64,000 nt of DNA, from positions 61,132,001-61,196,000 of the forward strand of contig NC_043005.1 of assembly GCF_006345805.1 (NCBI RefSeq), in the 5' to 3' direction. Below the pieces are notes generated by a model, which had not been told where the DNA came from, made no database searches, and saw nothing but the letters and a program-made list of their open reading frames with translations. A program made the position numbers and the translations under genes. The DNA comes from Octopus sinensis (lineage: Eukaryota). Of this stretch, positions 1 through 12,344 are shown piece after piece (position 1 is the stretch's first letter; every line of letters starts with the position of its first letter).

Positions 1-202
1 ATATAACTTTAAGAGAATCCAATAATTTCTAGTTGACAATATTTTAATTAGAATGTGGGCAGTACTCGCAAGAACAGTCTTTTACAGTCCTAATGTGTTG
101 CAATTTCCTGGTATTTGTCCATTGTCTTAAAGAGCGCCTTTTGGTATTGTCTCCAACACTCCGATCATTATTATTATTGTTATTGTCATTATTATTATAA
201 TT

Positions 203-435
203 AAGGCGGCGAGCTGGCAGAAACGCTAGCACGACGGGCGAAAGGCGTAGCCGTATTTCGTCCGGCGTCACGTTCCGAGTTCAAGTTCCGCCGAGGTCGA
301 CTTTACCTTTCATCCATTCGGGGTCGATAAATTAAGTACCAGTTACGCACTGGGGTCGATATAATCGACTTAATCCGTTTGTCTGTCCTTGTTTGTCCCT
401 TCTGTGTGTAGCCACTTGTGGGCATTAAAGAAATA
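203..435 (+). mobile_element. tRNA-derived SINE, family A, full length with GTTTGTCTGTCC...AAAGAAATA tail
   Basis: Head GGCGGCGAGCTGGCAGAAACGCTAGC, B-box-like GTTCCGAGTTCAAGTTCC and body GAGGTCGACTTT...GGGGTCGATAAATTAAGTACCAG; recurs many times in the window. Confidence 0.85.
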
Positions 436-850
436 GATATTTCGTCTGGCTGCACGTTCTGAGTTCAAATTCCGCCGAGGCTGACCTTGCCTTTCATCCT
501 TCGTGATCGATAACATAAATACCAGTTGAACACTGGGGCCGATGTAATTAACTATCACACTCTCCCAAATTTCAGTCCTTGTACCTATTATTATTATTAT
601 TATTGTTATTGTTATTGTTGTTGTTGTTGTTGTTGTGGTGGTGGTGGTGGTGGTGGTGGTTTCGTCATAATCGTTGTGAGCTGACTGAAACGTTAGCATG
701 CTGGACAAAATATTCAATTGCATACCTTTTGGCTTTATGTTCTGAGGTCAAACTCCGCCCATGTTGATTTTGCCTTTCATATTTTCGGGGTCAACAAAAT
801 AAGCACAAGTGAACACTTGCACTTAGATCAATGTAATGGTGTATCTCTCA
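436..850 (+). mobile_element. Two further truncated/decayed SINE-A copies separated by a (TTA)/(TTG)/(GTG) microsatellite
   Basis: Core GTTCTGAGTTCAAATTCCGCCGAGG at about 456 and a decayed version at about 740. Confidence 0.7.
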
Positions 851-1039
851 CCAAAAATAATTAGAAAAGGTGATTAATGTTATTATTCATGAGAGCAGGT
901 GTATCGAGACGAACGAAAATATCATTAAAATTTGATGAACATGTCGCCGAGATAGAATTCTAATTCTGAAATGATATATAGATCATATTTCCTTGAACTC
1001 AAACAGCTAATTGATTAATAAAGTCTACTATTTTAATGA

Positions 1040-1330
1040 AGTGGAGGAACATTGCCGGATTCGCGGTCGAGGGAACGCGGGTTCGAATCTCAGACGGGGT
1101 GATGTATGTGTTTTTGAGCGAAACACCTAAGCTCCACGCGGCTCTGGCAGAAAGTAATGGCGAACTTCTGGTGACTCTTTCGCCACCACTTTCTCTCACT
1201 CTTTCCTCCTGCATCTTGCAGCTCACCTGCGACGGACCGGCGTCTCGTCCAGGTGGGGAAGCTATACGCCAAGTAAACCGGGAAACTGGCCCTATGCTCC
1301 ACAAGGGGAAAAAGAAAGAAGAAGAAGAAG
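1040..1330 (+). mobile_element. tRNA-headed SINE, family C (Meta/V-like 3' module, (GAA)n tail), with 13-bp TSD
   Basis: GGGTTCGAATC B box; module GCGACGGACCGGCGTCTCGTCCAGG...AAACCGGGAAAC; ACTATTTTAATGA duplicated at 1027-1039 and 1331-1343. Confidence 0.85.
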
Positions 1331-1682
1331 ACTATTTTAATGAGAGTATATGTGTGCATGTACATGTGTAGATCATCAAAAGACTCTGAAATGCGCACCC
1401 TTGGGAAGAATGGATTTGATTTTCGAAATCTTCGTCCCAAATAAATGGTTGCCGGTAAATAGTAATAAAAAGAGATAATTTGATAGACAAGTAACTCAAC
1501 TTTCAGATCGCTAAATCTCATTCTCTGTATCTGCCTCTCTCACTCTCTCCCTTCATATCTCTCTATCTCCCTGTCTTTTACGCTTTTCTCCTCTCTATAT
1601 ATATTTACTATAATTTCTATCACTCTCTCTCTGTATATGTATATCTCTCGCGCTTCTCTCTCTTGGATGTGACATATAATTA

Positions 1683-2100
1683 CTCTTACTCTCTCTTTGA
1701 CTTGTTTCAGTCGTCTGACTGCGACCTTGCTGCAGCACCGCTTTTAGTCGAGCAATCGACCATTGGACTTATTCTTTGGAAACCTAGTACTTATTCTATC
1801 AGTCTCTTTTGCCGAACCTCTAAGTTATGGGTACGTAAACGCACCACCATCTGTCGTTAAGCGATGGTGGGGAGGGGGACAAACACAGACGTACAAACAT
1901 ATACAAACATACATATATATGTGTATATACGTATATACGACGGGCCTCTTTCAGTTTCCGTCTACCAAATCCACTGACAAGGCTTTGGTCGGCCCGAGGC
2001 TATAGTAGAAGACACTTGCCCAAGAAGCCACGCAGTGGGACTGAACCCAGAACCATGTGATTGATAATCAAGCACTTACCTCTCAGCCACTCCTGTGCCT
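1683..2100 (-). mobile_element. CORE-type SINE, family B, full length with internal (TA/CA) microsatellite
   Basis: Minus strand: tRNA-like head, CORE-like TTGGGCAAGTGTCTTCTACTATAGCC, internal microsatellite, tail GCGGTGCTGCAGCAAGGTCGCAG...CTGAAACAAGT. Confidence 0.85.
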
Positions 2101-2460
2101 AATTGTTTACATTTTGTTTAAAACTTCATCGTTGTAATTTTTTTTATCTACATTTTGTGATAGAGTATCACGCAGAAAACAACAGTATTCAATCTTATTT
2201 TCTGATTAAGTAAAAATTATCAAACTTTAAATCTTTGTAACCTTTTTCGAAAGATTTCTGAGATAAATGAATCCCAAAATCCGACGCAGCGTAAAAGATT
2301 ACATCAATATACCAAATTTGAAAATTTTCACTACATTTTAAAATTTCTCTATCTGTAACAGTTACGGAAAGGATTACCTCTCCCCCAACTCCCTCTCTAT
2401 CTATTCGTCTCTCCCTCTCTCTATCTATCTAGCTAACTGGCTATCTGTATATATCTCTCT

Positions 2461-2511
<51 letters not shown>

Positions 2512-2642
2512 TTACTCTTTTCTCATTGTAAATTTGCCCCTTTCTATATATATATATATTTACCACACTCCCTCTTGCTTTTTTTCTGTATGTATATCAC
2601 TCAGATTGATTGTATATATATTTCTATTTCTATGCGTGTGTG

Positions 2643-2692
<50 letters not shown>

Positions 2693-3430
2693 TACATATA
2701 TGTATATGTGTGTGCGAGTATGTGTGTGAGTGTATGTGTGTGAGTGTTTATGTGTGTGTCTGTGCGCGTGTGTCACTACGTGTGCATGCGTATGCGTAAA
2801 GAATTTCATTAGGGCGACAGAGTCAAAAGACCCTTACAAAACATTAACGGTGAATTCAGATGACAGCCGAACAACAGAGACGATATCCCACTCACAGGAG
2901 ACGATATCCCATTTTAATTCAAATGACTTTTCAATTCCCAGTGAGACTTTATTTTGCCGTGCCCAATAGTAAGTCACAAGAGCAAACATTTTCGGTAGCC
3001 GATTTACACCTTGAAGAGACCTGTTTCGACTATGGTTAGCCTTATGTTGGATATTCAACAGTAGGTATTAAGACAAATATTTATATGCATACATCAAATG
3101 GTAAAACGAAAAGATAATCTATCCTGATCAAGAGACGTATCCATCTAGGAAGACACAGTGTGGCACTGAGTAAAATATAATTTTAAATAAGGGCATTATA
3201 CTCTGATTTAATGCCAGAAAGGACGAGCTACTAAGTATACAAAAAAGTATGGCTTTATCTTGATATTGAAATTTTAGCACCATCTGAGAATAATACGGTA
3301 ACACACATATAAAAACGCACCTGTCTATAAGTATATATTTGTTATCTGTATGAGTGTAATTTGTGTGTATATATATATGTGTGTGTCTAAATGTGTATTT
3401 ATATACGTATGTGTTGTGGATGTATGTACG

Positions 3431-3488
<58 letters not shown>

Positions 3489-6400
3489 CACGCGCGCGCA
3501 GAGACATACACTCATATATCCATGTGTGGATGCTATGTATGTGCGTGTTCGTTTGTTTGTATATGTAGTCGAGAATATGTACATTATAGCAAGAGTAAGT
3601 AGGTAAAGGAGTGGATAGAAAGACAGAGAGTTGCGTGTCGACAATTAACTTTTCACATTATATCTATAATATTAATCTATTGAAAACAGCTGCAGCTAAC
3701 TTAACCGATAGCTCTATTATCATCTTCAACAAACCAAACACCACATTGACAAAGCACATTTAAATAAACAGCAAGTATCGAGAACAGGAATCACAACTAC
3801 AATGGCAACACTACAGAAAAAAAAAATCATAGGTTCACTAACGCACCACTATGCTCTAATAGCATTGTTTTGCTGAGAAGCGTATTGCGCCAAAACAGTA
3901 TTGCTCTAATTTATTGACAAGTGTGTTGATAGTTCGTATCTTCTCGTCTGCACTTTTATGTACAGAAGAGATAGTTACACTGATGTAATAAAAGCAGTGA
4001 GCGTTGAAATTATAATTAGAGATACGTTTGCAGCCGAAAAGGGACAGGAATATTTCAATATATAAAACTAGTACAATTATTTAAGCATGGTGGCTGGGGA
4101 GGAATGTAGGGCATGTTTTGATATAATTAATCATTTCAGTGAAGTATAAACCGATTGTTATTATCAAGATAAATGTAAGAGAATTCCTAATACATACACG
4201 ATATTTTACACCTGCACATAAAATTTAGCATAGTGTATTGAACAGAAATAAAATTCAAAGACGCCATGAACATGAAAAACAATTGTGAAGTTAGTAATCA
4301 ATAGCTAATTCTACTTAGTTGTTCACTTTATCATCCATCTTAGTCTGGGGTTTTTTTCTACGCTCACGGTTCTTATGAAGTTCAAAGATGAAGGGGATGT
4401 AAACAACATATAAATGAAAGCCGAATTCAAAATCTCGTATAAATTAAAAACCTCATCAGTCTAACATCCTAGCTAAAGGTGATATGATATTCGATTACTT
4501 ATTTAAAAGGTATCAAGCTAAAGTTGTTTTTATTCACTCCTCTGTTTTATGTCGTCACGGACGAAAGATAACAACAAACAAAACTATAGTTTCTGGAGTT
4601 TTATATATATATATATATAACTGTGTACATGGGAAGGAGATTGTATTGTTGGCTTCGCAGAAGGTAATTGAATATAAAGATTGGTGACTCGATGAAGATG
4701 ATCTGGGCTGTACGATGACTGGAGTGAAAGAGGAGGGGAGAAAAACAGTTGGTGTTAAATGGCAGCAGGGGGCAAGGAATAAGAGGGTAAATGGGTGTAG
4801 AACTATAATCAGGAATTGGATGGCAAAAAGAATTTAGTTCGAATATTCTAAAATTCAGTCTGAGCAACGTCAAATGGAAGGAGGATGTGAGAAATGTAGA
4901 ATCTAGTAATAAAATATAAATTTGAGCACAGGACAAAAACAAGGTTCCAGATTTAGTGTAAAAAATAAGATTGAAGTTGAATTACATAGGATTTTCTCTA
5001 TTTTTATGGAACATAGTGCAAATTAAAAGAAGATAGAGAAGGCTGCCTGTTTTATATATTGGTCGTTTCATGTTACAATCTAAATCAAACACGAAAAGTA
5101 TATTCTTAAATCTTGCGAAACATTAAAAATCACTTCACTACAGTATGTACGTTAAATATTCTGCTTTTAGAATGCAACCTCAAGTTCCAGTCCGTGTTTC
5201 CGAAAAGGTCAATCGTATGCACGCGTGTGTGTATTTGCATTTGGGTTTAATTTAAAACCTGATAATCCTGATATTCTAATCTTGACCGGGTCACCCAACA
5301 TATGCTGACCACATATAATTACCGTGTTTCATTCGAGGAAATCAAATATGCAATAGGCAAATTATGGACCCATACAGGATCCCAGTGATACAGAGACAGT
5401 ATCAACCTCACTGATGTCAATAAACAACAAAAAGTTGTCTCTCTCTTTACTGATAAACCTTAAAAGAGTGCATGCGTCTTCATGCTATGAGAGGTTGCCT
5501 GTGGTAAAAGACTACCTGAATTAAATCTGAATTCATGAAGAGCGAAATATTCATACCTCTGGTAAAATCAAACAAAGCAATTCTGTATTTATATTGAGCA
5601 CTCGCACACACAAACAAAGTCTAGAAAGTAACTATCAAATAGATACGTTAAATCATTATGTGTGTTTGTGAATGTATGTGTGTGAGTGTTTGTGAGTGAG
5701 TGAGTGTGTGAGTACATAGATTTTGCGAATGTTACTTTCTAACCGACTATATAGATGTTTATGCATATTTTGGCATTTTTCATCATATGCATAATATTTA
5801 GAGAAATATAATCAAACTACATAATTCCATTCACGCTCTAACGAAAGCTTAAAATGAAAAATAATATACAGATAATGTATTTGAAATACCAGCAGATGCG
5901 GTCTGTGTTTGATATCGCGCAAACGTTTTCGTAACCACCTCGAGCTGTTTCGTTGTAATTCTAATGACAAAGAAAAAAAAAATATTTTATAGATTTTGAT
6001 CCAACTAGCAACTAGCATTAACTATTAAAACTTGTAATAAACTTAACTAATCTACATCATTTTCTCTAAGGATTCATATTTCTTTCATCCGCTTAATGCT
6101 TACGTAACGACGTTGAGTAACAAGATTTATGAAATGAAATGATTAACACTATGAAATATTACGAAAAGAACGTAATCCGCAAGTCTCTCTGAATTCGCAA
6201 ATATTTTCAAGCACATATAAGATTCTAAATACATGAAAGTGATAATTTACAAGTAACCATTATTGTAATCTGGCGAGGAAACGATGAATCTCCTTTGGGG
6301 TTTATAGAACCAACAGTATACATTAAAAGATTGATAAGAAAGTGGAAGGGATTAGTAATATGTGATTTGTTTTAATAGCAAAACACAGATTTCGATGCGT

Positions 6401-6684
6401 TGCCACTTTGTCACAGATTTGCAAGGGAGTTTGCTGCTATACATTTGTAAAGAAATATGTTGAAATACAGCCGACAGAGACTGAATATGAAATATGCATA
6501 TAGACTGCGTCAACGTAATATAATAGGCATTGTGATTGATGCATTAAAATTTCGGTTAATGTCACATAAAAAGAAGGATGTACTATGTCATAGGGATAAG
6601 TTATTCAGGCAAATTTTGAAGCGTGTATATTATGAAACTTTAATACTTTTAATGGTGATGGTCATATTGTTGGTAATTTCTTAT

Positions 6685-6964
6685 ATTTCTTTTACTTGTT
6701 TCAGTCATTTGACTGTGGCCATGCTGGAGACCAGCTTTAGTCGAACAAATCGATCCGGGTTTTATTCTTTGTAAACTTAGTACTTATCATATTGGGCTCT
6801 TGTGTCAAACCACTAAGTTATAGGGACGTAAACATGCCAAAATCGGTTGTCAAGCGATGATGGAGGACAAACACAGACACACAAATACATACATTCAAAG
6901 GTGGTGCTCCAGCATGGCCGCAGTCAAATGACTGAAACAAGTAAAAGAGGAAAATAGTATGCAT

Positions 6965-6997
<33 letters not shown>

Positions 6998-7552
6998 AAT
7001 ATATACGGTGGAGTGCAATGGCCCAGTGGTAACGGCAGCGGATTCGTGGTCGTAGGATCACGGTTTCGATTCACAGACCGGGCGTTGTGAGTGTTTAATG
7101 AGCGAAAACACAATAAACTCTGCGAGGCTCCGGCTGAGGGTGGTGGCGAACCATGCTGTATTCTTTCACCACAACTTTCTCTCACTCATTCTTCCTGTTT
7201 CTGTTGTACCTGTATTTCAAAGGGTCAGCCTTGTCACGTTCTGTGTGACGCTGAATCTCCCCGAGAACTACGTTAATGATACACGTGTCTGTGGAGTGCT
7301 CATCCACTTGCACGTCAATTTCACGAGCAGGCTGTTCAGTTGATCGGATCAACTGGAACTCTCGTCGTCGTAACCGTCTGAGTGCCACGATTTATATACG
7401 ACGGGCTTCTTTCAGTATGTCTACAAGATCCACTCACAAAGCTTTGATCGGCCAGGGGCTTTAGTAGAAGAGATTTGCCCAAGGTACCACACAACAGGAC
7501 TGAAGCCAGAACCATGTGGTTGAGAAGCAAGCTTTTTACCACACAGCTACTG
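6685..7552 (-). mobile_element. SINE-B interrupted in its internal microsatellite by a SINE tail (6897-6952, +) and a SINE-D
   Basis: 3' half at 6685-6885 and 5' half at 7393-7552, both homologous to 1683-2100. Confidence 0.8.
7008..7392 (+). mobile_element. tRNA-headed SINE, family D (5' half shared with family C, different 3' body)
   Basis: Aligns with 1040-1200 up to TTCTCTCACTC and then diverges; TATATACG at 7000-7007 and 7393-7400 is a likely TSD. Confidence 0.8.
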
Positions 7553-7597
7553 CAGTAAGTCTATAAAAAAACTGAAGGTATCGGGATACACGGCATA

Positions 7598-7700
7598 CGA
7601 GGTGCATTTAAAAAATATCCGACTTTATTTTTTCCCACCAAAACTAATACCTCGTGGGCAAAATCCATTGGCAAAGAAGTGACACCTTGTTTCCTGAGTG

Positions 7701-7701
<1 letters not shown>
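7598..7701 (+). mobile_element. Mariner-like terminal fragment
   Basis: TA followed by CGAGGTGCATTTAAAAAATATCCGACTTT, resembling a mariner TIR; ends in (TA)n. Confidence 0.4.
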
Positions 7702-7761
<60 letters not shown>

Positions 7762-7762
7762 A

Positions 7763-8019
7763 TATATATTTAGTGAAGGGAAGAAATGGAGCCGAACGAA
7801 GATTCTACAAAATTCCCTTTTATTATTTTCTACACATGTTTCAAAGGCTGCAAATTCCCAAATTCGGATTGAATGAGGAGACCATTCTGCAGCTTTCTCT
7901 TCAGGAAAATCCAGGAATTTAAAATCTCAAAACAAATGCACAGCAAGCTTTTCGAACAAAACGCTCCCTAGGAGCCCATGGTAAAAACGGCTCCATTTCT
8001 TCCCTTCACTAAATATATA
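7763..8019. mobile_element. (TA)n-anchored fold-back element with perfect 32-bp inverted repeat, carrying a hammerhead (PLE-derived by inference)
   Basis: TATATATTTAGTGAAGGGAAGAAATGGAGCCG (7763-7794) is the exact reverse complement of 7988-8019. Confidence 0.7.
7810..7920 (-). ncRNA. Type I hammerhead ribozyme, apparently intact core
   Basis: Minus strand: TTTTC-CTGAAGA-GAAAGCTGCA-[35 nt]-TGCAGCCTTT-GAAA-C-ATGT-G-TA-GAAAA. Stem I 5/5 plus distal AAATTCC/GGAATTT; stem II 10 positions (8 WC, 1 GU, 1 mismatch); GUA cleavage triplet. Confidence 0.8.
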
Positions 8020-8187
8020 AAACTTCAATTATCCGCGCTAAAGCACGGGGGCGAAACCCCATGGTCGTAACTTCAACCGTGTCTTTTCTGGTGTGATTTT
8101 TGCTACACAGGTATCGGTTAAATTTTGAATAATCCGTAACAAGATAATTCATTTATCCATTTCATTAAATATATATATATATATATA

Positions 8188-8215
8188 TAACGTTTCGGAT
8201 TCATTCCTTCTTCAG
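8188..8215 (-). ncRNA. Minimal PLE-type hammerhead motif, truncated at (TA)n
   Basis: Minus strand CTGAAGA-A-GGA-ATGAA-TCC-GAAACGTTA; palindromic AACGTT stem III; no 3' strand of stem I. Confidence 0.6.
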
Positions 8216-8315
8216 GGAGCAAGTTTCGCCAGGGGGCACACGCGCACACACACACACACACGCGCGCACACAAACACACGCACACACATATATACACAAG
8301 CACACACACACACAA

Positions 8316-8358
<43 letters not shown>

Positions 8359-8749
8359 CAGTGTACTGTTCCGTGATGGTGACATCAACAAAAAAAGTAT
8401 TTAATCTGGTGAGAGATAGAGATTATTTAATGAACACAATATAAGTTTTTATGTCCTTCTATTAGTCTCATGCGAGGCAATTACTTTTTTTTATCTTGTT
8501 ATGCTACGTGGGCAGTGCTTCAAGATTGATCTGAGATACCATACGTGTTAAAACCTACTGCCTGGCATGCTTTCCTCTCATAAAATTAATAATAACACAT
8601 AAAACATATTGTATTCTATTAAATAATACAAAATGCATGTTTGTTTGTATGTGTGCGTGTGTGTGTAAGTGTCTGTGTACATATATGTGTGTGTGTGTAT
8701 ACGTATATATATATGTGTGTATGTGTGTATGACTATATATATAAATATA

Positions 8750-9004
8750 TTCTTTTATTCTTTCACTTGTTTCAGTCATAAGACTGCGGCCATGCTGGAG
8801 TACCGCTTTTAGTCGACCACATCGACCCCAGGATTTATTCTTTGTAGGCCTAGTACTTATTCTATCGGCCCCTTTTGCGGAACCGCTAAGTTACGGTGAA
8901 GTAAACACACCACCATCTGTCGTCAAGCGTTGTTGGGGCAGGGGCAAACACAGACGCACAAACACACATACAGACACGCACATATCTATCTATCTATCTA
9001 TCTA

Positions 9005-9052
<48 letters not shown>

Positions 9053-9095
9053 ACGGGCTTCTTTCAGTTTCCGTCTACCAGATCCAATCACAAGC
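8750..9095 (-). mobile_element. SINE-B, 5'-truncated
   Basis: Homologous to 1683-1975 including tail and internal microsatellite. Confidence 0.85.
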
Positions 9096-9128
9096 TACTT
9101 ACCTTACAGACACAGTAACGTCTTCAAC

Positions 9129-9159
<31 letters not shown>

Positions 9160-9160
<1 letters not shown>

Positions 9161-9484
9161 AAATTAATTAAGGGTAGAAATTGATATTTATCAATTAAAA
9201 CCAGTGGTCTAGCATATTAAAAAAGAATCCGAAGATTAAAATATTTATATATACCAATTAAGGACTGAACACGAAAAGTGGAATGTTACAGTTATCCTTG
9301 CGGATAATAATAACCGAGACTGATCAGTACATGGGTAATTATTTTATTTCGTATATTTTCACTTGTTTATTGCTTTGGTTTCGTGCTGAGTTTGATTTGA
9401 GAACATAATCTTTGTGGAGAATAGCGATTTGACGTCTATATCTAGCATGTTGAGTGTCCACTTTTTGTGTTCAGTCCTTAATTG

Positions 9485-9490
<6 letters not shown>
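9160..9490. mobile_element. (TA)n-flanked PLE-derived fragment with 30-bp inverted repeat
   Basis: 9253-9282 vs 9457-9486 inverted, 29/30; minus-strand peptide MLDIDVKSLFS resembles the PLE RT motif SFDVxSLFT. Confidence 0.55.
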
Positions 9491-9531
<41 letters not shown>

Positions 9532-11961
9532 GATCTGACAAGATCAAGGTATTTAAATATCAAAGATATGTAGGTGAAGTCGGGGATACCGCATTTGTGC
9601 ACTAACAATTTGTGTTGATGCTCACGTACTTACTAAAGTAAATACGGATTTGTGCCTCTATTCCCGCAAACATTCACATGTTTTGACCAAATACATAACG
9701 TATACGTAAAGTCACATATACATACAGTCCTTTAGGTTAGTGTCTGAAGTGTTAGGCTTGTGATCCTAAAATAGTGAGTTCCTTATGATATTCCTAGAGC
9801 AAGGTATTTAATTTCAAATTACTTCAGAATACTTTGATGAAAAGAATTACAGACTGTTTGGTAGAGCAGCTCTCTCTCTCTCTCTCTTGCTCTCTCTCTT
9901 TCTCTCTCTCTCTCTCGCCTTTCCCTTTCTCTGTCGGTCTTTCTCTCTGTCTCTCTGTATCTCTCCCTCTCTCCTTCCCCTTTCTCTATCGGTCTTTCTC
10001 TCGCTCTCTCTCTCTATCTGTCTATCTATCTATCTCTGTCTCCCTCTCAATATCCATCTTTCCTGCTCTACAACTTTGATGTTCCACTAAATCAGGGGCC
10101 GAGAAGTTACCTGCATCTGCTTTAAGACACCTACACTTACAGCGAATACGTGATGCAAGCTACCAGCTCATACTCAACTGCAAGTGATGGCTAAGTATAC
10201 CCTAACTTGCAGACATATTCTATGCGCTGACTACTATAAAAATTATTACTTTTCCGAGTTGATTGCCTCGTTATATGTATAGTAGATGATTTTTTTTTCA
10301 AGATGTTTTAGCTGTAATCCATTATATCTAGAAAATGGCTGCTGATTTTAATGCTATGTTGGAACCAGCTTCACATTCTGAAGTCAAATGTAATTATTGC
10401 AAAGTTGTATTCATGGAAGCTACATTCGTCCCCATCAAATGACACTGGTTACACAATATTCATCTAAATGTGTCGCTTGCCGTCAATCCATCGTCTTTTT
10501 AATTTTTTAATATTGATATTTAATTACATCGGAAAGGCATACAATACACGAAAGATTCTAGAGGATAATATCGATTATAAAGAGATCAATATTTACTTGG
10601 TCTTTACATTTTTTTTCGTCTCCGAAACAATCTAAGGCAAAGTCGACCACAGACAAATTTGAACGCAAACAGAATTTTATACAACTGAATACCACAGTTA
10701 ATTTTCTCTTTTACTCCACCGATCTCTCATTCTCCAGTATTAACCATTATACATTTCTTTCCCAAGCATTTCGTCAACATCGAAGTGGCTTATAATTTTT
10801 CTACAAGGGATATTAGGTTTCTTTATCTACAAGCCCAAATATTTTACAGGGGTAAGGAAATCAATATCACATTTGAGACTGATATTTCATAAATTAGAAA
10901 GGCAATATTTTTTTGCTAGATAAACTTTAATAATATTTGAAACGTTTATATTACTTTTTTTTTATAATTAACTTTCCTCCATATTTTTTTCTCTTTCGCT
11001 TTAGATCCTTAGAGGTAATGGCGTTGCTACATAAATTAAATAAGTTGAAAGTAAGTTTTCCTTTTATCGTAAAAAAAGATAACTGAAACTTTTAATTAAC
11101 ATTCTAAAACACTAGTGCGAATTATGATATGATCGTAGATTAAATGTGAGTTCAAATATGATTAACTATATGTTATTGAATGATAGTGGACATATAGGAT
11201 ATACACAAAATCATATGAACATGTATATGTGTGTTCGCATGTATGTGTATGTATAGTGTTAATTGTGCATATATAAAGCGTTGTGGATGTGTGTGCGTGT
11301 AAATATGTGTACACTTATTCTTTGAATATGTTTATGTTGTACGCGAGTAGAAGTAATTCTAGATATGGACAAGAACAAAAAGCAAAAAAAAAACACACAT
11401 TTCCTTCCTAATTTACCCTATACAAATCTGCGTATTAGATATCTAAATTAAGTTATTTTTTACTTCAATTAATTAGCATAGTTAATTAATATTGTTATCA
11501 CCATCAAATATACATAGAGACATTGTGGCTAATATCGTGATTAAATTCTACCCTCTTAACTTTTTGAATACTGCCTATTCATTTTGTAATTTATGTATTG
11601 TTTTTAATGCTTCAAAACAGAATTAATTAAAATATGTTTATCTGCAAAAAAAGTTTCTCAGTCAAACTTCATAAGACTGAACTTCATCAAAAAAGTTTAA
11701 TATTAGTTGATTAAAGAAGTATATTTGTTCTTTATTATGTGTTTTCCAATATGTATGAAAAACCATATTTTCTTTTATTAGCTTGTACATTTTTAATATT
11801 TATTCATCCAGGATTTTGGTGCAAGTAAATGTATACATCAGGCAATGTGTTGACAGTACCGTACAGGAAAAGATGCATTCCAGTATTTAGTCACTCCTCT
11901 TTACGCTTAGATTTCAAATCCCGATGTGATGAACATCACATTTCTGTCTTTCTTTGCACAG

Positions 11962-12051
11962 CTCGATAAAGCACTATCAAAATCAGAAGCTCAATTTAAT
12001 CGACTAAAACTAGTATCTCCCAGACATATTGCGAACATGCAAGATAACTGA
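11962..12051 (+). CDS. Possible terminal coding exon of an unidentified gene (LDKALSKSEAQFNRLKLVSPRHIANMQDN*)
   Basis: Strong acceptor TTTCTGTCTTTCTTTGCACAG, open phase-0 frame, AATAAA at 12060 and 12206. No homology recognised. Confidence 0.25.
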   Translation, partial: LDKALSKSEAQFNRLKLVSPRHIANMQDN

Positions 12052-12344
12052 GAATCCGGAATAAATCTTATCGCCCGAACGGCCAACATGTTCGTATCGG
12101 AAGCAATGATTCCTTGGAATACTAGCTCTGATAGGCAACCACTGTAATTAATGATGCATCTGTTATCGTGCACTGGGAATGATCATCAAGAAACGGATAA
12201 AGTGAAATAAAACTCATTTAGAAATGCACACCTTAATTATATCTGATAGTGACAATTACATCTTTTAGACATAAATGTTTGAGTATGGCATAATTAAAAG
12301 TTAATATCGTACTGTATCTTTGTTGCAATTACTGTTGCTATAAC

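Noticed and set aside
578-660. Stepwise (TTA) to (TTG) to (GTG) tail as fixed A-to-I editing
   Set aside because: The T-to-G step is not editing-compatible; ordinary slippage after point mutation explains it.
203-2100. tRNA genes
   Set aside because: The tRNA-like heads are SINE promoters continuing into SINE bodies; no complete cloverleaf was found.
2813-6550. Scattered short open frames with possible splice sites (2813-2940, 3279-3298, 5280-5490, 6410-6500)
   Set aside because: They cannot be linked into a consistent gene or assigned homology.
8030-8075. CTAAAGCA-CGGGGGCGAAACCCCATGGTC as a further hammerhead
   Set aside because: It needs a core substitution and a deletion to fit; too speculative.
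11812-11900. In-frame TGA in CIHQAMC*QYRTGKDAF suggesting selenocysteine
   Set aside because: No match to a selenoprotein family I know, no convincing SECIS (AUGA-helix-AA-GA) downstream, and another frame is open.
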